Shown here one piece after another: positions 15,253 to 28,480 of a stretch of 64,000 nt of DNA. Position numbers and translations under genes: made by a program. This DNA comes from Octopus bimaculoides. Taxonomy: Eukaryota. Position 1 is the first letter of the stretch, and every line of letters begins with the position of its first letter. The DNA is taken from NCBI RefSeq assembly GCF_001194135.2, contig NC_068982.1:183293386-183357385 (forward strand), in the 5' to 3' direction. The notes under the pieces were generated by a model. It saw only the letters and a program-made list of their open reading frames with translations, made no database searches and had not been told where the DNA came from.

Positions 15253-15260
<8 letters not shown>
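14440..15260. promoter_or_regulatory. CpG-rich unique region with two CCAAT boxes and downstream splice-donor-like sites: possible promoter/first exon
   Basis: CpGs are visibly dense; CCAAT at ~14946 and ~14964; + strand donors AAAA|gtgagt (~15038) and TAAG|gtgagt (~15249). No direct TSS evidence. Confidence 0.3.
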
Positions 15261-15289
<29 letters not shown>

Positions 15290-15609
15290 TGGTTTCTGTG
15301 ACAAAACACTTCCGACCTTATAACTCATCCTCCACCCTATCAGCTACTGTTGTTCCCCTACACCCTATCTTCACATAAACACTGCAACCAGAGGTGGGGG
15401 TGGGGTGACGTAGGTGATGAGACAGTGACAGGGAAGAGGGGAGACGGAATAAACCCCCTCTTCCTGTCTTTTTTTTTACTGCTGCCATTACCTTTTGTGT
15501 GAAGCATTGTGTTAATTTAGTTGGATGGAAGCGGTGTTCTTTATGGTGATGGTGACGTTCCAGATAGTGGGGGTTGTAGTGTTAATTGGTCATCACAGTG
15601 GTGACGGTG

Positions 15610-15641
<32 letters not shown>

Positions 15642-16504
15642 TGCGGTGGAGTCGTTGTTAATGGTGGTAGTGATAGCAGCAATGACTGTTGTAATCTAGT
15701 ATTGTTACTAACACTGATATTGTGTCATGATACTGTTGTTATGACTAAACTGTTATTGTTGTGGCTTTTGTCACTGCTGCTATGACTAATCTTATGATTG
15801 TTTTTGTTGTTGCTATGACTGAACTGCTGTTGCCGTAACTTTTGTTACTCTTCCTATGACTGCTCTTAGGACTTCCTTAATATGCTTCTTGCAGTGACTG
15901 TCACTTATTTTATTATATACCAGCGTCACCAACACTACCACATCGTGAACATCATCTCAGCTTGCACTATAACAACCACCATCATTGCCACTATCACTAT
16001 CACCACCACCATCATCAGTAGACTTCACCAACACCACCAACATCAATACATAAAAGCTGAGTATCAAATTTATTTTTCAAAGGAAGAAGTTGACAACAAC
16101 TTCAAAGTTTCACCATGGGCCAGCTTTATCAGACTGTTGACAAAACCAGCCCACCAAGAAACTTCGATGTCGCTGTCAACATTTTCCTTGCAAAAATATA
16201 TTTCTTTGTCCATTGAAGCACTGTTTAAGATGTAACTTACTGAGTATTCGTAACGTTTAATAGCTCCTAGTATGATACTGCTGATGACAATGGTTGGCAT
16301 GGTAACAAGCTTGTCATAGATGTTCTGTAGCACAACGTCTATCTTATTAGAGTTGATTGAAATAACACAGATCAGCAATCCTCAGTCTTTTTGTTGCACC
16401 ACAGACCAGTTTCATGCAAGGCAATTTTTCCAAAGACTGGGGGATCAAGCCCATAACAAATCTCAACAAAGTGCACAATATGTAATTTAATTATTACAAA
16501 TATA

Positions 16505-16536
<32 letters not shown>

Positions 16537-17387
16537 NNNNNNNNNNNNNNNNNNNNNNNNNNNNNNNNNNNNNNNNNNNNNNNNNNNNNNNNNNNNNNNN
16601 NNNNNNNNNNNNNNNNNNNNNNNNNNNNNNNNNNNNNNNNNNNNNNNNNNNNNNNNNNNNNNNNNNNNNNNNNNNNNNNNNNNNNNNNNNNNNNNNNNNN
16701 NNNNNNNNNNNNNNNNNNNNNNNNNNNNNNNNNNNNNNNNNNNNNNNNNNNNNNNNNNNNNNNNNNNNNNNNNNNNNNNNNNNNNNNNNNNNNNNNNNNN
16801 NNNNNNNNNNNNNNNNNNNNNNNNNNNNNNNNNNNNNNNNNNNNNNNNNNNNNNNNNNNNNNNNNNNNNNNNNNNNNNNNNNNNNNNNNNNNNNNNNNNN
16901 NNNNNNNNNNNNNNNNNNNNNNNNNNNNNNNNNNNNNNNNNNNNNNNNNNNNNNNNNNNNNNNNNNNNNNNNNNNNNNNNNNNNNNNNNNNNNNNNNNNN
17001 NNNNNNNNNNNNNNNNNNNNNNNNNNNNNNNNNNNNNNNNNNNNNNNNNNNNNNNNNNNNNNNNNNNNNNNNNNNNNNNNNNNNNNNNNNNNNNNNNNNN
17101 NNNNNNNNNNNNNNNNNNNNNNNNNNNNNNNNNNNNNNNNNNNNNNNNNNNNNNNNNNNNNNNNNNNNNNNNNNNNNNNNNNNNNNNNNNNNNNNNNNNN
17201 NNNNNNNNNNNNNNNNNNNNNNNNNNNNNNNNNNNNNNNNNNNNNNNNNNNNNNNNNNNNNNNNNNNNNNNNNNNNNNNNNNNNNNNNNNNNNNNNNNNN
17301 NNNNNNNNNNNNNNNNNNNNNNNNNNNNNNNNNNNNNNNNNNNNNNNNNNNNNNNNNNNNNNNNNNNNNNNNNNNNNNNNNNNNNNN
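16537..17387. other. Assembly gap (N run); further large gaps at ~283-739, 19112-19716, 20570-20877, 45731-46143, 46956-47394, 49202-49321, 50266-50512 and 51860-51954
   Basis: N runs, nearly all flanked by microsatellites or homopolymers. Confidence 0.99.
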
Positions 17388-17419
17388 ATATATATTGCAG
17401 GTATTATACATATATATAT

Positions 17420-17700
17420 ATTACATATATAATCTTCAAAGAGACCGTACCAAGTGGTGGTGTTCCATCACCATCGGAACCAAAAACTTCAAAGCCACCA
17501 GAAAAGAAAAGAAAGAAACCAAACAGCAGGCGAGAAAGGCTCAACAAAACCAACCTCATCCTCCACCAACTTAACTATATAGTCAATGCCATCGACTCTG
17601 CTATGCAAGAATTGGTCTACTTAATCATCAATGGCATCACCATAAAGGAAGAGTCCCACAAAGAAGAAAATAAATCCTTGGATACAAGACAAAGGTGCCA
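17420..17700 (+). mobile_element. RTE/BovB-like LINE extreme 3' end
   Basis: LQRDRTKW..SITIGTKNF..TR...K.T.QQARKAQ followed by a degenerate C..C.R.C..RIGL..H zinc-finger-like tail. Confidence 0.6.
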
Positions 17701-18082
17701 CAGTCGACATATATAAATACATATATTACGTAAAAAAACATCCTGTAAACTGCAATGCTCTATAAAATAGAAAGATATTTTAAAGTTTATGCTTTCTCCT
17801 GTGGCCTAGTACTGGTACTGGTCCATGGTCTGGTACTGCTTTGTGGCCCAATGGGTGGGGAACTATACTGTAGATTATTGTCACTGTCATAAGTTTATTT
17901 GGAAGTGGTTTATAAGTCATCTCCTGAATGGACGACAATTGAGAAATTGTTAGCATAAAGTTAATTTCTGCATGGAATAACCTTGGTTCTGAATTTCACT
18001 TTCAACCTTATACTGAATAGCTTACCATCTATGTGACAACTGCAGTTAATGTCTTTCATCCTGGACGTTTCTGATAGCTTCT

Positions 18083-18519
18083 TTAACCCTTTAGCATCCA
18101 GATTACTCTGTCAAATGTAATGCTTATTTATACATTATTTTGAATTAACCCTTTACTGTTCAGATTACTGTTAAATGTAATACTTTTTCACTCAAATTGT
18201 TTTGAATTAATCATGCATTATCTTACAGCTTTGAAGTTTCAATGATGTGATCGTTTATTTTTAGAATGTCAACATAGGTTAGGTGTGAGAAGCTAGATAT
18301 CACCAGTTTGAATATAAAACTTGTAGAATATCTGGGCCAGATATGGCCGGTTTAAACAAAGCATTATCATCTTGTAGCTTCATGATTTCAGTGGGGTGTT
18401 TGTATATTTTTAGAATGACATTATAGGGTAGCTGTGAGAGGTTGGATATGGCCAGTTTTAACATAAAACAGGTGGAATATTTGGGCTGGATATGGTTGGA
18501 TTAAATGCTAAAGGGTTAA
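18083..18519. mobile_element. piggyBac-type MITE bounded by TTAA, with an internal tandem duplication
   Basis: TTAA-CCCTTTAGCAT...ATGCTAAAGGG-TTAA terminal inverted repeats; left and right internal modules are each duplicated. Confidence 0.8.
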
Positions 18520-18690
18520 GTATGACACCGAGATAAAGTGCAAAAGAGTAGGGGTTGAGACACATCCCTGCCCCACTCAAGTGTTTGTTAGAACTGATCG
18601 ATATCTGTCCTGGTTTCGGTAGGGTAGCACTCACAACACCCTCATGTGGCAGTGTAGTTAGCTTAACCAGCTTTGCTGGTGGCACAGTAT
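18520..18690 (-). mobile_element. LINE RT fragment, cut off by the adjacent MITE
   Basis: HEG...ATL...GQ.S....GVGQGCV..P..FALYL, equivalent to the GVRQGC.LSP.LF motif. Confidence 0.55.
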
Positions 18691-19015
18691 GGCACAGTTT
18701 ATGGTTCCATTGAGAATAGCATCATCATTACTAATACTACTATCAAGACCACCACTACTGACAACAACACCATCACAGTCATCACAACCACCATCATCAA
18801 CAACATTATCATTACTACCATCACACCATCACTATGATCATCATCATAGCCACCACCACTGTCTCAGCCACTGCCATTACCACCGCTGTCCCCGTCATCG
18901 TCATCACCACCCCTACCTGCAGTTCAACCTAGTGATGACATCAGAATCACTGACACAGAGAAGACCTGTATTAATGCACCATCATCGTCATCATCACCTC
19001 ACAACCACTTCCACC

Positions 19016-19049
<34 letters not shown>

Positions 19050-19835
19050 TCCTACTCCCAGCTACATTCTGCCATCCTTCTATTCACCACCGCCCCGCCC
19101 TCACCCCTCTCNNNNNNNNNNNNNNNNNNNNNNNNNNNNNNNNNNNNNNNNNNNNNNNNNNNNNNNNNNNNNNNNNNNNNNNNNNNNNNNNNNNNNNNNN
19201 NNNNNNNNNNNNNNNNNNNNNNNNNNNNNNNNNNNNNNNNNNNNNNNNNNNNNNNNNNNNNNNNNNNNNNNNNNNNNNNNNNNNNNNNNNNNNNNNNNNN
19301 NNNNNNNNNNNNNNNNNNNNNNNNNNNNNNNNNNNNNNNNNNNNNNNNNNNNNNNNNNNNNNNNNNNNNNNNNNNNNNNNNNNNNNNNNNNNNNNNNNNN
19401 NNNNNNNNNNNNNNNNNNNNNNNNNNNNNNNNNNNNNNNNNNNNNNNNNNNNNNNNNNNNNNNNNNNNNNNNNNNNNNNNNNNNNNNNNNNNNNNNNNNN
19501 NNNNNNNNNNNNNNNNNNNNNNNNNNNNNNNNNNNNNNNNNNNNNNNNNNNNNNNNNNNNNNNNNNNNNNNNNNNNNNNNNNNNNNNNNNNNNNNNNNNN
19601 NNNNNNNNNNNNNNNNNNNNNNNNNNNNNNNNNNNNNNNNNNNNNNNNNNNNNNNNNNNNNNNNNNNNNNNNNNNNNNNNNNNNNNNNNNNNNNNNNNNN
19701 NNNNNNNNNNNNNNNNAAAACATTTGTTCGCTTGTCAACACTTAAAACCTGACTACCATCACATACTACAAAGCTATCCTACCTACATCACCTCCATGCA
19801 ATGTCCTTTTAAACCAAAATATGTCATGCACCATA

Positions 19836-19877
<42 letters not shown>

Positions 19878-22416
19878 CTCTCTCTCTCAACAATATCACA
19901 CTTGCAGAGAGTCTGAATATACAACCACAAGGTATTCCAATACTCTTACTCTTTCAATTTGGTGCCCTGACAGATATAGAGACAGTGAAGGTAGCATAAC
20001 ATCGGGTAGTAGTAAACTCTCTCTCTCTCTCCCTCCCTCTTCTCTGCGCTCTCTCTCTCTCCCCCTCTTCCCTGCTCTCTCTCTCTTTCTCTCCTAAAAA
20101 CATGAATGGCACATGTGATGAGAAATGGCAGTGAGATGTAAACATTGAATGTTGATGATTTTTTCAGATGATAGATAAATCTTTGGTAAGCATAACTTAA
20201 TAAAATATGTAACCTTAGTCTTCATTAGTCATTGATGATGATGACGACGACGACGATGACGATAATGATGAGTTATAGTTCACAACTTGATGGTAGAAAA
20301 GACGTCCAACCAGTTGCAAAAACCATATACCAATCCTTCAATAGTTGAGTAAATAGGGACAGATAAACCATTCTGCCATATGTAAAAGTAGGTATTACTC
20401 CTCTGGAGTTGAGTAATTAGTAGTAAATGAAGACAACAACCCGGACATAAAAACCCAAATAACAATAATATTATTCCAGCAAATTATTCCAACGGTTTAT
20501 GTCAATAATTCACCAGAAAAACAATATGATGAAGTTCACATTCTTTCATATTCCCTGCCCCCCCCCCCCNNNNNNNNNNNNNNNNNNNNNNNNNNNNNNN
20601 NNNNNNNNNNNNNNNNNNNNNNNNNNNNNNNNNNNNNNNNNNNNNNNNNNNNNNNNNNNNNNNNNNNNNNNNNNNNNNNNNNNNNNNNNNNNNNNNNNNN
20701 NNNNNNNNNNNNNNNNNNNNNNNNNNNNNNNNNNNNNNNNNNNNNNNNNNNNNNNNNNNNNNNNNNNNNNNNNNNNNNNNNNNNNNNNNNNNNNNNNNNN
20801 NNNNNNNNNNNNNNNNNNNNNNNNNNNNNNNNNNNNNNNNNNNNNNNNNNNNNNNNNNNNNNNNNNNNNNNNNNNNNGGGGGGGGGGGGGCAGTCAATAT
20901 GATATAAAACATAAGACTGTCATTTTTCATATTGCTAATCCAGAATATAAGAATAAACCTATCTACAGGATATAAGAATACATAATTATACAATAGCAGG
21001 GTGCGTAATCAATGATTACCTTCAACTTTTGAAGGAAGTCATCAGTTGACATGTAAATTTAAGAGAGAGAGAGAGAGAGAGAGAGTGAGAGTCAACATCA
21101 CCTAAAACACAAGAGTATCATTTGTCAAACCACTATTCCAGAATATAAGAATAAATGATTGTGCTGTGGCAGGAAATGTAATCAACACCGTTCCTTCTAA
21201 ATTAAATGCAAACATGTTCAAAAATGCAAACATGCTCAAAAAGAGTTATCTGTAAATGGAACTAAAACTAATACATACAAGATAGTAACAATGGCCTGTT
21301 CTGATAACGACCAGTAAGGACAATACGTGATATGCGAAGAAGGGTTTGTATGTTGACTGTAGAAGGTATCAATGGCAGAGTAAGACTAAGGAAGATGTAG
21401 GAAGAAAAAGGGAGTTTAAATCTCTAGTTGATTAGGCCCAGGGATGAGATGACAAATAGCCATGGTACAAGGCAATTAGTTCTATGGAAGATCATCTGGC
21501 CTGTACTTGTACAGAAATATGCGCATTAAAATGGCAATGAGAATGACAATGGTGGTGGTGGTGTTGTTGCTGCTGCTGCTGCATGTGATGATGACTTTGG
21601 CTATGATGATGGTTATAATGACAATGATGGTGTGGTGGCAGTGGTTGTGATGGTGGTGGTGGTGTGCAGTTAATGATGATGATGACTGAAGCAATGATGA
21701 TGATAATGAAAATGGTGGTGCTGGTAATAATGATGATGGCTGTGTTGATGATGATATCAATGTGATATGAACAACATCAGCATGAAACTAAGGAGAGAAG
21801 CCTAGCAGAAAACTATGATGGAGTTCTTCTCATTGATCAAATAGAATTAATCACGAGAGAAGGTCACCTTAAAACTGACACACACACACACACACACATA
21901 CACATACGCTAACAACAACAATAACAACAACGACAAAAAATGTCCAAAGTTCCATTCTTTCTAAACCACAGTTGCTCTGAAGCTGTTTGTTTTTAGATAT
22001 CACAGATTTGGATGTAAAGGGATATATAATTAAAATGATTTAATTAGAATGGTGTAATTAGAATGGATGTGAGTCCCATGTTGTTGTTAGTCATCGAAAC
22101 TCTCAGAGTAGAAGAAATAGCTGATGAGATATTCTGGAGCGTTGATTTTATCATGAATATCACACATGAATACACACACATACATGCACACACACATACA
22201 CACAAACACATACACACATGCATACAAATACACATATGCACACACACACATACATACATACGTACATACATACATGCATACACATACTCACACACACACA
22301 CATACGTATATGGTAATACATTGATAATAACATAACACACACATAATAATACATACACACATGATAACATGATAATCATTTAAAGACAATCATAGAATGT
22401 GTATTCATATGGGACC

Positions 22417-22451
<35 letters not shown>

Positions 22452-23475
22452 CACAATGATGAGGAGGGGGAAGAGGAGAAGGATCATCATCATCTTCATC
22501 CTTAGTATTGTTACATCTGGTTTAATTTGCTATCATTTTGGCCCCAAACACTGGATATTCAATGAATCAGTGTAGTGTGAAGAACCACATTTAGTATAGG
22601 ACATAGCATAGTTATGTAGTGTGGAGTGTTGTATAGTGTACTGGTAGTGGTTATGTAGTATGTGATGTAGTAGCAGAAGTGGTGCCATGTAGTGTGGTAG
22701 TGAGGGATTGTGTCCTCATGACAATTTTGTAATAAAAATTATTATTTCTAATATAGGCTTGAGACCAACAGTTTTCAGAGGAAAGAGTTAACCAACTACA
22801 TTGACCCTAGTACTTGACTGGTACTTTATTTTATCAACCCTGGGAGGATTGAAATCAGTAGGATTTGAACCCAGAATGCAGGCTGAATAAATACTGCAAC
22901 TCAAGCAATTCCCTTAAGTGTCATTTTGATGGCATGTGCTGCTCTCTCACTCAGTAATGATAATAATCCTTTGTACTAAAGATACAAAGCCTGAAATGTG
23001 GTGGGAGGAGACTAGTCGATTACATCAACCCCAGTGTTTCACTGGAAGTTGATTTATTGACCCTGAAAGAATGAAAGGCAAAGTCAACCTCAACAGAATT
23101 TGAACTCAGAACATAAGGACAGATGAAATGCCACTAAGTATTTTGCCCAGCATGCTAATGATTCTGCCAGCTCGTTCACCTTAGCTGTCGACCTCAGCAG
23201 AATTTGAACTTAGAATGCAACAATTGATTCTACTATATGCACAAAGCCTGAAAATTTGGCAGAGGGGGGGGGCTGATTGATGACACTGATTTTAGGGCTC
23301 AACTGGTACTTATTTTAATCAATCCCGAAAGGACAAAAGGTGAAGTTGACCTCAGCAGAATTTAAACACAGAATGCAATGTCAAAAGAAATACCATTTAG
23401 CATTTTGTCAAGCTTCCTAACAATTGTACTAGCTCAAAAAAAAACAATAATAATAATAATAATAATAATAATAAT

Positions 23476-24135
<660 letters not shown>

Positions 24136-24514
24136 ATAAAAATAATAATTGCTTCTATTTCAGGCACAAGGCCAGCAATTTTGAAGGAGGGAACTAATCA
24201 ACATTATTGACCCAAATAATAATAACAATAATAATCTTTTCTTTTATTGTCACAAAGACAAGATGAGGGGAACTTTATAAGGACAGGTTACAAAAAGTGT
24301 ATGGATTACAATGAAATTGAATTTTTGAAAAAAGAAAGAACAAAAAACAAAATATTATGTATATTAGAATATTCTAAAAGAAGGGCCACCACATAGAGCC
24401 AATCAAAGAACCCCGCACATTCACACTTATCCTGACTACTAAAGATAAGTAAATGTCTACTTCTAGCTGTTATTCTCCAGTTTATAGGTGAACTGTGAGA
24501 GCAAGCTCAGTTAA

Positions 24515-24746
24515 GGCAGTGAGCTGGCAGAATCGTTAGCACGCCGGGCGAAATGCTTAATGGTATTTCGTCTGCCATTACGTTCTGAATTCAAATTCTG
24601 GCTAGGTCAACCCTGCTTTCATCCTTTCGGGGTTGATAAATTAAGTACCAGTTACGCACTGGGGTCAATGTAATCGACTTAATCTCTCTGTCTGTCCTTG
24701 TTTGTCCCCTCTATGTTTAGCCCCTTGTGGCCAATAAAGACATAAG
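24515..24746 (+). mobile_element. SINE family C, well-preserved copy (ggcagtgagctggcagaatcgttagc...ctttcatcctttcggggt.gataaattaagtacc)
   Basis: Many dispersed copies in both orientations, usually next to (AAT)n: ~1-200, 2360-2590, 2600-2800, 2865-3080, 3120-3290, 3990-4270, 7690-7800, 22740-22900, 22970-23430, 24745-24950, 45420-45630, 62165-62400, 63380-63490. Confidence 0.8.
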
Positions 24747-26215
24747 AGTCATTAAATGCTTAGCAGTGTTTCATTCATCTTTACCTTCTAAGCTCACATT
24801 CTGCCAAGGTCAGCTTTGCCTTTCATCCTTTTGGTGTGGGGGTGGGGGGTCAGTAAAATAAGTACCGGTTGAACACTGGGGTCAATGTAATCAACTAAAC
24901 CCCATTGCTAAAATTACTGGCCTTGTGCCAAAATTTGAAACCATTATTATTTTTACTATTGCTGTTGTTATTTAGTGAGAGAAAGAGAAATCGTGCCAAT
25001 CTAGTAAAATTGATGTGGCTATTGTTTTGTAAGTGGAATTGATAGTAACGATTGTGGTTGTGGTAGTTGTCGTAAGTGGTACTGGTAGTGATGATTGTGG
25101 TGGATGATGGTGGTGGTTGTGGTGATATTTGTCATGATTTTATAGTTGGTAATTGTAGTGGTACTAATGGTGGTGGTGGTGGTGGCGGTGGTGGTGGTGG
25201 TGTGGTGTTTGGCAGAGGGGGTAGTGGTGGCATTTAACCCCAGGTCAGCAGTGACTGAACAGACCTATGATCAGGCTATTCCAATCATCATTATTCAATC
25301 TTTCTTCGAAATTTTGTACCTTGGACTTCACTTCTCAAAAGATGTACTTCCATTTTTAAAATAGCAGGAGTGATTTGTTGGTAACTGGGAAATACGGCTG
25401 TTATTTCTATCAGGTTGAGTGACGTGTGTTGGGGCTGATTATTTAATAGGGATGAGGTTGGCAACAGGGGAGAAGTGGGGAGATGGCAATTTGTACCATT
25501 TTCTTCAGAACGTCAGGGTGGATGGGATGGAAGGTGGGTGGAGGAAGGGATACTAAGAGAAAGAACTGTGTCAGTTGGTAAAAGAGAGAAGCATTGAGGC
25601 TTGGCATCACCATTGTCTCAGTAAAGTGTTCTGACACAACAAAAACGGTAGCTGTGGTGGTGGTGGCAGCACTGATAGCAATTGGAGTATTATTGATTAG
25701 GAAGTTGTCTCTGGTAGACTGGTCTCACATACACATACACACACAAACACACACATGCATATACACAAACACACAAACATATGAATATACATGTGTGCAC
25801 ACATGCACATACAATAAACATATGCAGACACATACATGCACACATACACACAGTTGTAAACACATGCATATAAATGCACACTCGGTCATACAAACGCAGA
25901 TATACAAATAAACATACACTCACATATATATATATATACACATTACATATTTCTAACCAGTGTTTCTGAAGAGGGCTGAGCTCATCAGACAATATGGAAA
26001 CTGATTTTCTTGTTTGTTAACTAATTATTAACAACAGTAACCCATTGGAAAATACAATACCAACAATAACAACAACATTAGCAGCAGCAACAACCACAGT
26101 AACAACAACAACAACAACATTGAATAGATACTCCTTTGATTTCAACAATGAGTATTCCTTTTTATTCATCAACTGAACTACCTACTTGTAGTATTAGAGC
26201 AAAAATGTTAGAGTC

Positions 26216-26305
26216 AGTGTGACACAGTGTGTGACATAGTGTATGACACAATGTGTGACAGTGTATGGCACAGTGTGTTACATAGTGCGTGACACAGTGT
26301 GTAAC
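26216..26305. repeat. 12-bp minisatellite (consensus AGTGTGTGACAC), ~7 degenerate units
   Basis: Direct reading. Confidence 0.85.
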
Positions 26306-26570
26306 AAGACTTGATATCTGAGTTGCTGATATTGCCTTTTATTGTAATTTATTTAATTATCTTGTTTCTTTTATCTTTCCTACAACTTACTTCAGTCATT
26401 AGATTGCAGCCATGTTGGGGTGCGGCCTTGAAGGGTTTAGTCAAACACGTCGACCCTAAGGCTTATTTCCAAGTCTACTACTTATTCATATGGCCTCTTT
26501 TGTAGAACCGTTAAATTATGAGAACATAAACAGACCGGCACTGGTCGTCAACAGGTAGGAGGATATGGTT

Positions 26571-26612
<42 letters not shown>

Positions 26613-27439
26613 ACACTCTTATGGAAGCACTCATTCTCTCATCCCATCCCATGACCCATTGCTTACGTCCTCTCTTGTGTTCACCTTGTTCCTTGAGAGT
26701 TTGCTCTAGCACACCATCACTATCTTCCTCTTATCTCCTTCAGCTCTGTCTTCCAAGCTACATACCAGCCTCATTAGGGCCAGTGGCATGAAAAAAGCAT
26801 TTGGCACACTTTGTAAAGTGGTTGGCATCAGGAAGGGCATCCAGCCATAGACACCATGCCAAAGATTATGATGCTGAAGCTCAATGCAGCCCTGCAGCTT
26901 GCTGGTTCTTTGTCAAACAATCCTACCCATACCAGCACGGAAAGCAGGCATTAAATGTTGACAGTGATGATAACAATGATGATAATGATGATCTTCCACA
27001 CAGTTCCATCAAATTCATTTATGAGGCATGGATCAGCATGGGGCTACAACAGAAGACACTAGCCCAAGGTACTGCACAGTGGGAGTGAATACAAAACCAC
27101 ATGGTAGCAAAATGAGCTTCTTAAAATCACGCAGCCTTAATGTAATTATCAGGCTGAACCAAAATGACACAATAGATGGTGAAGCTGGATCCTTGAATTA
27201 TAGGCACAGTGCATTTTGTATTATAGCATGAATAGCTAAGAATTCCACAGACACTTCTATCCTGAATTGACACAATATGGTGGGTTACAAGGCTGGAGCT
27301 TTGAATTATAAAAACCATCCAACCACCCATCCAACAGATTCCAAAACAGTTTCCATTTACCCAAAGTCACTCATAAGGCTTAAGTCAAACACTAACACTG
27401 TCACACATGTACACTGACATTGTAGATCCAGCAGAGAAA

Positions 27440-27700
27440 TACCAGCTTCAGTCCTCTCTAGCTTTCACATGTCTTCTGCATTCAGGGCTCATGTCTCACT
27501 ACCATGTAGCATTGCTGTTTGTATACAGGCATCATACAATCTTCCTTTCACTTGGAGAGTGAGACCATTGGTTGCCAACAGAGGTAAAAGCTCTCTGAAT
27601 TTTCTCCATCCTATTCTTATTCTAACAATTACACTTTACGTGCATCCTCTGCCAGAGCTGATTAGGTCCCCCTCGGTAGCAGAAATTATCCACAACCTCT
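27440..27700 (-). mobile_element. RTE-type LINE fragment, same family as 50930-51500
   Basis: Nucleotide similarity (aaaagctctctgaa.ttt..cca.cc.attcttattcta.caa.tacac). Confidence 0.7.
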
Positions 27701-28247
27701 AAAGAGCCTTCGGAGCATTTTTGAGAAAATGCCTATGAAAATGGATAGTGTAATCTGGAAAGACATGGGTGGAATGTCATTGATCACATGTCTGTTTAAT
27801 CAGGACTAAACAACAGCAACATTCCAGATATTTTTAAAAAATCAAAATATTTTGTTGCCATGGTGATGTGGAGTTTGTGCAGGACAGAAAAAGAGAGATG
27901 CAGACCAGTTGGAAGGACTACCGTGTGCTGACAATTTCCTGTGTCACCTGTCAGCAGGAAATTGTACAGATAAACGGAGATGTGTGAGTGTGAATTCGTG
28001 TGTGTGTGTGTGTGTGTGGAGAGAGAGAGAGGGGGGGGGGCTAGTGCATAATGGATAAAACTTTAGAAATGTATGATTTTTGCTCACAACAACTGCAGCA
28101 GTAGCCAGCAACAGTGAAAATAACAACAACAACCACAGCAACGACAACTACAGCAACAATAACAAAACCAATAACAACTGCAGCAGCTAGACATAGCAGC
28201 CAGATCTCCCTTAAATCATATCCTACCATCTCAGTCAGCTTGCCACT

Positions 28248-28480
28248 TTAACCCTTTCGGTATCAACCTGGCTGAAACTGGCTCTGGCTTTGTAGTACAA
28301 ATGCTTTGTTTTCATAGGTTTCAAATTAAAATCTTCAACCAAAACTTAGTCACAATTTATGTTCTTAACACCAGCTTAATTTTAAACTAAGTTATTTTAC
28401 TAAATTCTTTGTTATATTCAAAATTAATTGAAAGAAACCCAGAGCGTCTCAAAATAAATACGGTAACGAAAAGAGGTTAA
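28248..28480. mobile_element. Second family of TTAA-bounded piggyBac-type MITE
   Basis: TTAA-CCCTTTCGGTA...TAACGAAAAGAGG-TTAA imperfect TIRs. Confidence 0.65.

Larger units (their letters stand above)
16373..17870. mobile_element. hAT/Charlie (MER1-like) non-autonomous relic, interrupted by microsatellite, gap and LINE piece
   Basis: Left end cagcaatcctcagtctttttg..gcacca.agaccagtttcatg.aaggcaatttttcca.agactgggg and right end gtggcc...tgggtggggaact..ctg resemble the remembered MER1 termini. No clean 8-bp TSD. Confidence 0.55.

Noticed and set aside
16070-16378. 102-aa ORF with an internal GTAAGT donor at ~16237
   Set aside because: Its 3' part resembles a LINE RT segment (GETLEVV.NF with a frameshift) and its 5' end abuts the hAT terminus. 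An 84-nt exon cannot be fully excluded.
20169-20186. Plus-strand micro-exons with good splice sites (here, and at ~44735-44744 and ~38171-38220)
   Set aside because: Too short to tell from chance AG/GT matches in 64 kb without transcript data.
25955-25995. CTGATGA...GAAAC on the minus strand (hammerhead-like)
   Set aside because: Helix II cannot pair and helix I is mismatched.
26216-26305. CRISPR-like array
   Set aside because: No unique spacers and no cas genes; the sequence is eukaryotic.
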